This document shows positions 28,580 to 37,582 of a stretch of 64,000 nucleotides of DNA, piece by piece. The position numbers were made by a program, and so were the translations under genes. Within the stretch, counting starts at the first letter, position 1. Each line of letters opens with the position of its first letter. Under the pieces are notes generated by a model that was given only the letters and a program-made list of their open reading frames with translations, was not told where the DNA came from and searched no databases. The DNA comes from Planctomycetaceae bacterium (GTDB lineage: Bacteria > Planctomycetota > Planctomycetia > Pirellulales > Pirellulaceae): positions 19,214 through 83,213 of the forward strand of contig JAAEPL010000182.1 in assembly GCA_024232675.1 (NCBI GenBank), given 5' to 3'.

Positions 28580-30169
28580 TTATTCCTTGATGTCCTCGGC
28601 GAATTGATCACGGGTTTCGTTCCACCGATTAACCATCGTGGACAGCTGTTGGGGATTTTCGCCAGCCAGGTTACGGGTCTCCGAGCGGTCCACAGATAGG
28701 TCGTAAAGTTCCCAATCCGTCGATGATGTCTTAACAGCTTTCCAGCGACCCATGCGGATCGCGTTGTTCTTTTCGTGTGACCACCAAACAAAGTCGCGCT
28801 CGATCTCCTGATTTTCGACCATTGCATTAACGAGGCTTTCGCCGGGGAATTCGGGCCCACCCGTATCAGGTTTCAATTCGGTCTGAGCCAACTGCAGCAT
28901 CGTAGGTAGGACGTCGACTAAGTGGGCAGGTTGATGTCGAACTTCGCCGGTATCTTTGATCCCTGCCGGCCAATGAGCGATGAAAGGCGTGGCGATGCCA
29001 CCTTCGTGAACCCAGGTCTTGTGTTTGCGAAACGGAGTATTCGAGGCGCTTGCCCAGCCGGGGCCTAAACAAAGATGAGTGGCTGCGGATCCCGGTGCTG
29101 CCTGGGGATCGTGTCCGTCATCTCGGATCATCAATTCGCTGCTGCAGCCGTTGTCAGATAGAAATATAATCAGGGTGTTATCGAACTCGCCCATATCCTT
29201 GAGCTGTTGAAAAACCCTTCCCAGCTCTCGGTCAATACGATCGACCATTGCCGCGTGAATGGCCATTTTCGTGGCCTGAAACTGTTTTTGCTCCTGCGAC
29301 AGGGAATCCCATGGTTGTGGTAAAGCCATCTCTCCCGCACCGTAGGCTTGGATATCCTTGGGACGTTGGTAGGGAGCTCCCGTCTCCATTTCCATTGGCG
29401 ATAACCGGCATTGCTCATTCGACAGAATGCCCGCTTTTTGCAATCCCTGCCATCTTGTTTCCCGCACAACATCCCAACCCTGCGAATAACGGTCTTGGTA
29501 TTTGACAATATCTTCGGGTAAGGCATGCAAAGGAAAGTGCGGCGCTGTTAAAGCCAGGTAATGAAAGAAGGGCTGGTCGGCATGATTTACTGAGTGAGCT
29601 TTCAATGACTCAATGGTCCGATCTGCCAAGTCAACCGTTGCATAGTATCCCGAATCACGTTCCACAGCCGGTAAAGCGACGTCATTGAGGAAACGGCGTT
29701 TAGGACTAAAAAACCTTGCTTGGTCACCAAGAAAATAAGAATGATCGAACCCTTGTTGAACGGGCATGCCGTCAATATGCCACTTGCCGATGTGGTAAGT
29801 TCGATACCCGGCTGCCTGCATCCTGACGGGAGCCAGAGCACCCCATGGAGGACGTTTACCAGACATTCCGCCACGCTTTACCCCAGGTATCCTATCCCTT
29901 CGCACTTGCTGGGCGTAGTAACCGGTAAGGATCGATGAGCGAGTTGGCCAGCAACGCCCGGTATTATAAAAGTTCGTGAAACGCAGACCATTGGCCGCAA
30001 GGCTATCAAGGTTCGGTGTTTCGATTTCGCCGCCATAGCAGCCGAGATCGGAGAATCCCAAATCATCCGCCAGAATGATCATGATATTAGGGCGATCAGC
30101 CCAAGCGGTTTGCAACGTGCAAACAAGGGCAACACCGACAAAGAAAATCAATTTGATCGAGTTACTCAT
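28580..30169 (-). CDS. secreted arylsulfatase (formylglycine-dependent sulfatase family)
   Basis: A signal peptide is followed by ILADDLGFSDLGCYG and the FGly motif CWPTRSSILTG (C-x-P-x-R). Confidence 0.9.
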   Translation of the reverse strand: MSNSIKLIFFVGVALVCTLQTAWADRPNIMIILADDLGFSDLGCYGGEIETPNLDSLAANGLRFTNFYNTGRCWPTRSSILTGYYAQQVRRDRIPGVKRGGMSGKRPPWGALAPVRMQAAGYRTYHIGKWHIDGMPVQQGFDHSYFLGDQARFFSPKRRFLNDVALPAVERDSGYYATVDLADRTIESLKAHSVNHADQPFFHYLALTAPHFPLHALPEDIVKYQDRYSQGWDVVRETRWQGLQKAGILSNEQCRLSPMEMETGAPYQRPKDIQAYGAGEMALPQPWDSLSQEQKQFQATKMAIHAAMVDRIDRELGRVFQQLKDMGEFDNTLIIFLSDNGCSSELMIRDDGHDPQAAPGSAATHLCLGPGWASASNTPFRKHKTWVHEGGIATPFIAHWPAGIKDTGEVRHQPAHLVDVLPTMLQLAQTELKPDTGGPEFPGESLVNAMVENQEIERDFVWWSHEKNNAIRMGRWKAVKTSSTDWELYDLSVDRSETRNLAGENPQQLSTMVNRWNETRDQFAEDIKE

Positions 30170-30526
30170 AATTAAGAGGAGCCAAAGTCAAAGGGGATTA
30201 TCTGTAAGCCGTAACATCGTAACGGTATCGGAGATGGTTCGTTCCATGATCCGACCTCTTTATTCTAGAATCGGTCGGGTTCGCAAAATAGACGGTAATC
30301 AGGTTGGCATCGTATTAAGCAACGCTCCTCTTTCTGGCCGCGGTTCGGGAATCGCCTATAAATTTTACGGTGTCGGGACTGAGAGTGCTCTAAAGACCAA
30401 GTCCTCCGCGATCAAAAACGTCCGTTCCATCGGCAAATCACCGCGGCAAACACCGAGAGACCAGACGCGTCTTCTGGCAAAAAACGCGGAAATAACGTAA
30501 TCTGGAGTCTCGAACAGGATCACTTT

Positions 30527-31435
30527 ATGTCTTTTTCTGTGCTTGAAACAATGGTCACGCCCGATCAAGTAAACAAAAAAATCCGCGCCCTGATTTTGGG
30601 CTCCGGTGATCGACGTCCCAAAGTCTTGACGCAGATTGAGAAATTAAGGCCGGTGATCGAGCAGTATGCTGACATCGTGGCCGAAGAATTTTCTTTTGAC
30701 GAGCAATTTGATTTTGACGCAAACCCCGCTGACATCGCGATTGTTTTAGGTGGCGATGGCTCAATCCTGCGTTCTGCGCGTTTCATGGGTCAGCAGCAGT
30801 TGCCTGTATTGGGAGTCAATCTCGGGAAATTAGGGTTTCTCGCAGACGTTCAACCAGAAGAGCTAGCAGGTGCTCTGGAGTCCGTGCGAACGGGTGACTT
30901 CCAAATAGTCGAACATTTGATGATGCGTTGCCGCATCGAGCGCGATGGGCAGACGGTGATCGATGAATTGGGACTTAATGAACTGGCTGTTCTATCCGGC
31001 CCGCCCTTTTCAATGCAGTACATTGATCTTTACGTCGATGGCCAATTGGCGACATCATATGCGTGTGACGGATTGATTATTAGTACGCCGATTGGCTCGA
31101 CTGCTCACAACCTTTCAGCAGGCGGACCCATTTTGCGAAAAAACTTGGAGGCATTTGTGATCTCTCCAATCAATCCTCACACGCTGACAGTCCGACCAGT
31201 GGTGGATCGTGCCGATCGCATTTACGAGCTGGTCGCGCGGACAGAGAACGAATCGACTTCAGCCGTTTTGGACGGACAGGTGTTAGCGCCGTTGGATTCA
31301 ACAACGCGAGTATGCGTATACAAAGCGAAGCCCGTTTTTCGATTGATTGCGGTCAAGGGGCAGAGTTATTATCGCACCTTACGTGAAAAACTTGGATGGC
31401 GAGGTGACTTTGTTAAAAACCAAGGCACGCCCTAA
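30527..31435 (+). CDS. nadK: NAD kinase
   Basis: The GGDGSILR motif and DGLIISTPIGSTAHNLSAGGPI are present. Confidence 0.92.
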   Translation: MSFSVLETMVTPDQVNKKIRALILGSGDRRPKVLTQIEKLRPVIEQYADIVAEEFSFDEQFDFDANPADIAIVLGGDGSILRSARFMGQQQLPVLGVNLGKLGFLADVQPEELAGALESVRTGDFQIVEHLMMRCRIERDGQTVIDELGLNELAVLSGPPFSMQYIDLYVDGQLATSYACDGLIISTPIGSTAHNLSAGGPILRKNLEAFVISPINPHTLTVRPVVDRADRIYELVARTENESTSAVLDGQVLAPLDSTTRVCVYKAKPVFRLIAVKGQSYYRTLREKLGWRGDFVKNQGTP

Positions 31436-31498
31436 CGACTTAATGAACTAAACGCCCACGCGGCTCATCGTATTTTAGAAGCATTTTTACTTTCTCGC

Positions 31499-32515
31499 AT
31501 GGAGGCGGGCATGATCTTCAAACTTAAGATTCTGACAGTATTTTTTCTCGGGTTGTTCGCAGGCACTCCCGGCCTGTTCGGCCAAGAAAAAGATGATAAC
31601 GTCGTCGATCGATCGACTCGTCGAGCCGAACAACGACAGTCTTGGAAACTTCAGTACCGTATGCAACCGGACGAAACGCTCCGCTGGTCTGTGGAACAGA
31701 TCGCTTCAACGGATACCTCGATGGCAGGTTTCAATGAAAAAACGTCGTTGAGAACTCGTTCCGTGATCGTGTGGGACATTCTCAGCGTCGACACCAAAGG
31801 AAACATCACCGTACAAGATCAGCTGGAATCCGCGGTGGAATGGCAGAAGATCGGTGATGCCGACCCGGTCAGTTATGACAGTACCAAAGATGAGAACGTG
31901 CCTGATCTTTATCAGGCGACGGCAGAAAAAGTTGGTAAGCCGATCTCGACCACAACGATTAATCCCTCGGGGCAGATTATTCAACAAGAAAATCATATTC
32001 GCCGGGCGGAATTCGGTATGGGTAAATTTACTTTGCCTCTGCCGGAGGAAGCGATCTCCCTTGGGGGCCAATGGAATACTCCAGAGGAACTGCAGGCTCG
32101 TCGCGGCGATGGTACTTTGAAAGTGATTAAAACGCGCATGCTGTACACGCTTCGCAAAGTTGAGGATGGAATCGCGACAGTGTCTTTTCGGCGTGAAGTA
32201 CTGACTCCCGTTGAAGACCCCAAAGTGAAAAGCCAGATTCAGCAGAAAATGAATCAAGGGGCTTTGTTTTTTGACCTAGCAGCTGGACGCATCACGAAAA
32301 AGGTGGTGCAGTGGGATGAGAAAGTCCAAGGCTTTGAGGGGGACGACAGCTACCTGCATTATATTGGGAAGTACACCATGGAATTGCTAGAAGACCCGCA
32401 AGCGACCGGCCAAACGGAAGTGGGCCAAGCACTCCAGCCCTTGAATACGAAAAGTGGTAACAGGGCTTCCAGTTTTATTCGCCCACGCAATGGGAAACCT
32501 GTCATACGTAAATAG
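31499..32515 (+). CDS. secreted hypothetical protein
   Basis: The N-terminal hydrophobic leader is MIFKLKILTVFFLGLFAGTPGLFGQ. No motif was recognised. The gene is followed by a good terminator. Confidence 0.6.
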   Translation: MEAGMIFKLKILTVFFLGLFAGTPGLFGQEKDDNVVDRSTRRAEQRQSWKLQYRMQPDETLRWSVEQIASTDTSMAGFNEKTSLRTRSVIVWDILSVDTKGNITVQDQLESAVEWQKIGDADPVSYDSTKDENVPDLYQATAEKVGKPISTTTINPSGQIIQQENHIRRAEFGMGKFTLPLPEEAISLGGQWNTPEELQARRGDGTLKVIKTRMLYTLRKVEDGIATVSFRREVLTPVEDPKVKSQIQQKMNQGALFFDLAAGRITKKVVQWDEKVQGFEGDDSYLHYIGKYTMELLEDPQATGQTEVGQALQPLNTKSGNRASSFIRPRNGKPVIRK

Positions 32516-32572
32516 TGCGTTGGTGCGTCGGCGACGTCAGCGATATTGAGAAGAACGCCAGATTTCAACAAA

Positions 32573-32608
32573 GGGCCCTAACACTGAGTGTGATAGGGTC
32601 CTTTTTTT
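32573..32608 (+). terminator. rho-independent terminator
   Basis: The stem GGGCCCTA-A-CAC / GTG-A-TAGGGTCC has a 5-nt loop and is followed by TTTTTTT (32602..32608). Confidence 0.75.
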
Positions 32609-32746
32609 AATGATATTGCTCAGGGCGTTGCTTGAGTCGAAGCTGAAACCAAAGTTAAGGGACGCTTGTGGACGCGTAAGCAGTCGGGAGTGTGTAGCTA
32701 TTGGCGAGCGTTCTTATACTCTGTCATATCATCTATTCCCCCTCGA

Positions 32747-33844
32747 TTAATGGAGAGTGGATGATTTCGGCATAGGCAACTTGAGTTGCGAGGGAACAAT
32801 TGGACTTGGGGTTGAGATGCTACCCGGTGCGTAAGAACCTTGAGTTGGCAAGTTTAGCGTCGACGCCTCACTCGACGGTGCGATTTGTGGGCTGGGGATG
32901 GGAAGGCTAGGAGTTCCCCCAAAGGAATCAAATAGCTGTTCGTTCTGGCTCGCCTGGCTGGGTTGGATCGTATTTGGGGCGGCGTCTGCAGAATTGCCAA
33001 AAGACTTATGGGGTGTCGACGGATACGCATTGTCGCTCGTGCCGTTATCCATGCTCTTCGGTGATGGAATGGGGGTTGGCACAAATGTGGATTGGGCGGC
33101 AAATCCGCTAGGTGCCTCATCGCTCATTGCACCTGGTGGCTTTGCTTCCAGTGGTTGAAGGGAAGCAGAGCCCAAGTTTTTTGGTTCTAAATTAGGCAAT
33201 GTGTTTTCTACTAATCTCATATAGTTGGGGGGTTCGGATGAGGGTTGAAAGCCCGAGTCGTTTCGGGGAACGAAACTCGAGTCTTGGTTGCCCACCACAA
33301 AGGAATCACCCGTATTTTCAGGCTTTAGGGGAGTGGCACTTTTTTGCAGCTGTTCACTGGGGCTGTTTGGTACGAAACCACCTGTATCCGGAGTCTCCTT
33401 CGAAATTGCGAACTCGCTCTGGTTATCTGCTAGAGGTGCTAAAGGAGACTGGGCCTGCGGTAGATCCTCAGGCGGATTGGGAACCGTTTGGGGATTCAAA
33501 ACCTTGGCCGGTGCCGTCTTTTCCAGACTGGTAATTAGGTCGGCATTATGCTGTTTGGAATCTTTCACCAGCTCCTTATAGGAGCGGGCAATTTCTTGTT
33601 CAAATGAATCTGCCGTTTTCTGAATGTCGGTCGGCAATGGCGGTAAGTCCGGGTCGTTACTTACGACGGCCGATTCGCTTGGCGTAAATTGATGCGAGGG
33701 CGGCTCGATGTAACGAGAAGCCAGTTCCGTGTCATTTTGCCACCATGCTAGGCTGCCCAAGCTCGGTTTCCCAAGTTGGCAACCGGTCAAATTAATAAAA
33801 AGACAACCGGTGGTCAGGATAATGCCCGCAGTAATTGCTCTCAT
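32747..33844 (-). CDS. Pro/Ser-rich lipoprotein, hypothetical
   Basis: The N-terminus MRAITAGIILTTGCLFINLTGCQLG is lipobox-like. The rest is low-complexity P/S/N/Q-rich sequence. I prefer ATG 33844. Confidence 0.55.
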   Translation of the reverse strand: MRAITAGIILTTGCLFINLTGCQLGKPSLGSLAWWQNDTELASRYIEPPSHQFTPSESAVVSNDPDLPPLPTDIQKTADSFEQEIARSYKELVKDSKQHNADLITSLEKTAPAKVLNPQTVPNPPEDLPQAQSPLAPLADNQSEFAISKETPDTGGFVPNSPSEQLQKSATPLKPENTGDSFVVGNQDSSFVPRNDSGFQPSSEPPNYMRLVENTLPNLEPKNLGSASLQPLEAKPPGAMSDEAPSGFAAQSTFVPTPIPSPKSMDNGTSDNAYPSTPHKSFGNSADAAPNTIQPSQASQNEQLFDSFGGTPSLPIPSPQIAPSSEASTLNLPTQGSYAPGSISTPSPIVPSQLKLPMPKSSTLH

Positions 33845-33990
33845 GATTTCCCGTTTTGATCGAATGACAGGATAGGTCTCAAAAAACTCGCGCACCCATG
33901 GCGCGCCAAGTCAGCGGGATCGTAGGGACGGAGGTAAAGACCGGTCAACGGTAATTTTTACAAGACCTAAAACTTTGTCAGCAGAGAGCT

Positions 33991-34042
33991 AGCAAAGAAA
34001 CGAGCCAGTGCCCCGTAGATTAAATACGTGACATGGCTCGTT
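33991..34042 (-). terminator. candidate terminator after sodA (long loop)
   Basis: On the minus strand, AACGAGCCA...TGGCTCGTT forms a 9-bp stem with a 26-nt loop, followed by TCTTTG. An alternative pairing, AGTGCCC/GGGCACT, overlaps it. Confidence 0.3.
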
Positions 34043-34088
34043 CAGCAGGGCACTTGCGAGAGCTAAGCTTGGCTCCTCGAAGCGTGAA

Positions 34089-34697
34089 TTAGGCAGTTGC
34101 TGCGGCGTACCGATTTGCAACTTCGTCCCAATTAATGACGTGGAAAAAGGCTTCCACGTAATCGGGACGACGATTTTGGTAATTCAGATAGTAGGCGTGT
34201 TCCCAAACATCAATACCGAGAATGGGAGTGCGGCCTTCCATCAGCGGATTGTCCTGGTTTCGCGTGCTCTCGATTGCCAGTTTGCCATCGGATACCACCA
34301 ACCATGCCCAGCCACTCCCGAAACGCGTTTGGGCGGCGGTGCAAAATTGTTCCTTGAAGTTATCGAAACTGCCGAACGCATCATCGATCGCAGCGGCAAG
34401 GTCACCGGTAGGCTTTCCACCACCACCTTGTTTCATTACGGACCAAAAAAGTGAATGGTTAGCGTGGCCGCCACCATTATTTCGTACAGCTCCGCGAATG
34501 GCTTCGGGAATAGCTTTCAGATCAGAAACAAGCTCTTCGATGGATTTCGACTCGAGGTCGGTACCTGCGATGGCATTGTTCACTTTCGTGACATAACCGT
34601 TGTGGTGTTTGCTGTGATGAATTTCCATCGTCTTGGCATCGATATGGGGTTCGAGCGCGTCGTATGGATAGGGCAATTCTGGTAGGGAATAGGCCAT
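34089..34697 (-). CDS. sodA: superoxide dismutase, Mn-type signature
   Basis: The translation contains [28 protein letters not shown] and [19 protein letters not shown] resembles the Mn-SOD consensus rather than the Fe-SOD AAQ..NH motif. Confidence 0.93.
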   Translation of the reverse strand: MAYSLPELPYPYDALEPHIDAKTMEIHHSKHHNGYVTKVNNAIAGTDLESKSIEELVSDLKAIPEAIRGAVRNNGGGHANHSLFWSVMKQGGGGKPTGDLAAAIDDAFGSFDNFKEQFCTAAQTRFGSGWAWLVVSDGKLAIESTRNQDNPLMEGRTPILGIDVWEHAYYLNYQNRRPDYVEAFFHVINWDEVANRYAAATA

Positions 34698-34817
34698 CTT
34701 TAACCTCGGATTATTGATTCGGATCTATCAAACGTTGATGCTTGCCAGAATGCATTCCGCAAACTGGGAGCGATGATCGTACCGAAACAAAAAAGCGGGT
34801 TCAATTGGGTAGGTGCC

Positions 34818-34839
34818 GGGGACCACGAAATCGGTCCCC
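34818..34839 (-). terminator. GC hairpin downstream of the GGDEF gene (weak terminator candidate)
   Basis: GGGGACC-acgaaatc-GGTCCCC forms a perfect 7-bp stem 72 nt past the stop. A T6 run on the minus strand lies about 25 nt further downstream. Confidence 0.3.
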
Positions 34840-34910
34840 TCTTGGTCGATTACTGGAAAGATGTTCGCAAAAACGCGACTTTAATGACCCCCGCGTCTGG
34901 TAAGTGACCC

Positions 34911-36359
34911 CTAATATCGACTTTCTGGAGCTTCCAGCTTCTCTGCTACCAGCTTAAGCAAATCGAGATCATCGATGAACTGACTCATGATCAGTTGGGC
35001 TCTTTGGTCCAGATTTCGATGTCTGCGCTCTCGATTTTTCAAACTGCGGACCGTGATTCTCGTTCGCAGGCATTTTCTTTTCGATTGAGTGGAGGCGATA
35101 TTTTCTTTGATTTCAATATCGACGATCAGCGTTGACGGTCGATTCATCAAGCCAGGTTTAGTGCCGGGAATCTTTTTCACAAGAATCCTTACGTAACCCT
35201 CTTCCGCAGAGCCGATTTTATAATCATTTTGAGTCACGATCCCTTTGATCTTCTCCACCAAAATTTCCAGAGGACAAGTGATTTCGCCTTCTTGTTGCAG
35301 CAAGAGATTTCCCTTGAATTCCATCCATTTGATATCGGATTGGATTTTTCGTGGTTCAGGTTTCATTTTTGTGGCGTCGAATTTTTCCGGGTCCATGTAC
35401 CGGACTTGGTTGCGGCCACTTTCCTTTGCCAGGAGTAACGCTTGATCAGCTCGCACAAATGCCGTAATCGCGGTATCCCCTGTCTGAAATTCCGTGACAC
35501 CAAAACTGGCAGTCATGTTTTTACCGTTGAGCGCTGAAATGGGCGATTGAGCAAGTGCCAGACGAATTTCTTCGGCTCGTTCAACAGCATTTTCCAATGA
35601 GCAGTTGGGGCAAACAATCACAAATTCTTCGCCGCCATAGCGAGCGACTAAATCGTTAGTGCGTGTATTATCCTGTAATACTTGGGCAAAGCTTATGAGT
35701 GATTGATCACCAATATGGTGACCAAAGTCATCATTAATCTTCTTGAAAAAATCGATGTCCGCGACGATCAAACTTGAAACCGTTGTCTTCGCATGGAATT
35801 CCTTGATCCGCGCAGCCAGTGACCGTTCGAAATGGGCACGGTTTGCGACTCCCGTTAATTGGTCTCGTGTGGCATGGGCGTAAAGCGTGAGTACTTGTTG
35901 CTCGAGATCGACTTGCGAGGATTGGTCATGCATCAGAATAACCGCTCCGCGTACTCCCAAGTCTCTTCCCATGACAGGGATAACACGTAATTCGATGGCC
36001 ATTTTCCGTCCACCACGACCCGTCACCGTGGCCGCTAACATAACCTGCTCAGCCTTGCGGATCGATTCTTTGATGGGGCATGCAGTGTCCGGGATCGCCT
36101 TGTCAAATCGATCGCGTAAATCAATGTAGCTGGGTAACCAGTCGCTACCAATCATGCCGGGCCCGCGAATACCGGTCAGTTGCTCTGCGGCTTGATTCCA
36201 AAGCTTCACTTTCAAATCCTGATCAACCATAACAACGCCCTCTCTGACGTTGTCGATGAGACATCGCTGAAAAAGTTGCTTTGTGGTTGAGCCGTTCGGT
36301 GCAGTAGGAATCAATGTAGGGACAGTGCCCGCTAACTCGTTTATGGCTTGTTCTTCCAT
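34911..36359 (-). CDS. PAS-GGDEF diguanylate cyclase with extra C-terminal domain
   Basis: A PAS-like N-terminus (GVVMVDQDLKVKLWNQAAEQLTG) precedes the GGDEF domain. The active site is GGEEF, and an RxxD I-site (RTND) lies five residues upstream. About 160 aa after the GGDEF domain are unassigned. Confidence 0.88.
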   Translation of the reverse strand: MEEQAINELAGTVPTLIPTAPNGSTTKQLFQRCLIDNVREGVVMVDQDLKVKLWNQAAEQLTGIRGPGMIGSDWLPSYIDLRDRFDKAIPDTACPIKESIRKAEQVMLAATVTGRGGRKMAIELRVIPVMGRDLGVRGAVILMHDQSSQVDLEQQVLTLYAHATRDQLTGVANRAHFERSLAARIKEFHAKTTVSSLIVADIDFFKKINDDFGHHIGDQSLISFAQVLQDNTRTNDLVARYGGEEFVIVCPNCSLENAVERAEEIRLALAQSPISALNGKNMTASFGVTEFQTGDTAITAFVRADQALLLAKESGRNQVRYMDPEKFDATKMKPEPRKIQSDIKWMEFKGNLLLQQEGEITCPLEILVEKIKGIVTQNDYKIGSAEEGYVRILVKKIPGTKPGLMNRPSTLIVDIEIKENIASTQSKRKCLRTRITVRSLKNRERRHRNLDQRAQLIMSQFIDDLDLLKLVAEKLEAPESRY

Positions 36360-36601
36360 GGCGATTTGATTTTCTGGTCAAAGTTACCGGTACGGCGCGT
36401 ATTTCAAACAAGGTTGCCTGATTTGGTTTTTACCTATCTAATTTTGGCATCTGCTTTCGAGGTAGCAGGGAACCTGTTGATAATCTCCTCAGCGTTCACA
36501 TGAAAAAAAAACGATTCGGTGATTTTTAGGGATAATGCCGATTTTTCTGCCATCCGCTTTACATGCCAACGCAGTCACACCCGGAGGAAACGCGTAATAC
36601 C

Positions 36602-37435
36602 ATGAAAATTGCAAGACTTATCTACGAGGGACAAGCATGGGCCGGAGTGGTGGAGAGCGAACATGTCCGCCTGATCGGCAGATGTGGTGAAGATATTCCA
36701 GAAACGGCTGCGGGTTTTATCCGCTTCTTTGGTCAGCAATCTGAGTTGATTTCACACGTTACGGTGCCGGTTTCCGAAGCTCAATTGGTAGCGCCCTTGC
36801 TGCATCCCCAGAAGGTTGTTTGTGTCGGTAGAAACTATGCAAAACACGCTGCCGAAATGGGTGCGGAAGTGAAAGACTTACCGGTCATTTTTAATAAGTT
36901 CTCTGATTCAATTACTGGCCCCGGTGCGTCCATTAAGTTACCTGAGATTAGCGAAGAAGTAGATTTTGAGGCGGAATTAGTCGTTGTGATGGGGCGAGCA
37001 GGTAAAGATATATCGCCCGAAAATGCTCGGCAGCACATCTTCGGGTTCTGTTGTGGCAATGACGTCACGGCAAGAGATTGGCAAAAGGGTCGGCCGGGTG
37101 GACAGTGGCTTTTAGGGAAATCTTGCGATGACTTCGCCCCCATCGGGCCGTGGATCACAACGTGTGATGAAATTGAGGCCGAGAATTTGGAAATTCGTTT
37201 ACATTTGAACGGCGTGGAAATGCAGCACGCCAACACGTCGCAATTGATTTTCAAAATCGATTATTTGATTGCCCATCTGTCACGATTTTGTACCTGGCAG
37301 CCTGGCGATTTGTTATTTACGGGCACACCGGCGGGGGTGGGGGCAGGACGCAATCCCCCGGTTTTCTTGCAACCAGGCGATGAAACGGTGGTGAGCATTG
37401 ACGGGCTAGGCGAGTTACGAAACACATTCGTCTGA
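36602..37435 (+). CDS. fumarylacetoacetate hydrolase (FAH) family protein
   Basis: The translation contains KVVCVGRNYAKHAAEMG, DFEAELVVVMG and LFTGTPAGVG. I prefer ATG 36602 (MKIARL), although ATG 36563 is also open. Confidence 0.83.
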   Translation: MKIARLIYEGQAWAGVVESEHVRLIGRCGEDIPETAAGFIRFFGQQSELISHVTVPVSEAQLVAPLLHPQKVVCVGRNYAKHAAEMGAEVKDLPVIFNKFSDSITGPGASIKLPEISEEVDFEAELVVVMGRAGKDISPENARQHIFGFCCGNDVTARDWQKGRPGGQWLLGKSCDDFAPIGPWITTCDEIEAENLEIRLHLNGVEMQHANTSQLIFKIDYLIAHLSRFCTWQPGDLLFTGTPAGVGAGRNPPVFLQPGDETVVSIDGLGELRNTFV

Positions 37436-37582
37436 TGCATTCACCGGGAATGCTAGCTGGTTGGGTTTGCGCTTTCGGCAGGTAATTTGGTGGGCCCAGG
37501 CGTTCATCAAGTTGTAAGTCTGGCTTGTCGATTTTCCTTGTGGATGCGCGCGGAGGATACGCGCGCTCAGTGACGCAGGGAA

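Noticed and set aside
30075-30500. A 141-aa ORF spanning the sulfatase/nadK divergent intergenic region.
   Set aside because: It begins inside the sulfatase 5' end on the opposite strand. The translation is Arg/Ser/Ile-rich with no motif, so the region is more plausibly a 357-nt divergent promoter. I did not entirely exclude a small gene.
37546-37566. A GCGCGCG-GAGGATA-CGCGCGC hairpin displaying a GGAGGA in its loop, 17 nt before ATG 37583.
   Set aside because: The SD-like hexamer is too far (about 25 nt) from the ATG to serve as its RBS. No U-tract follows that would make it a terminator for the FAH gene. I could not support a specific regulatory role.
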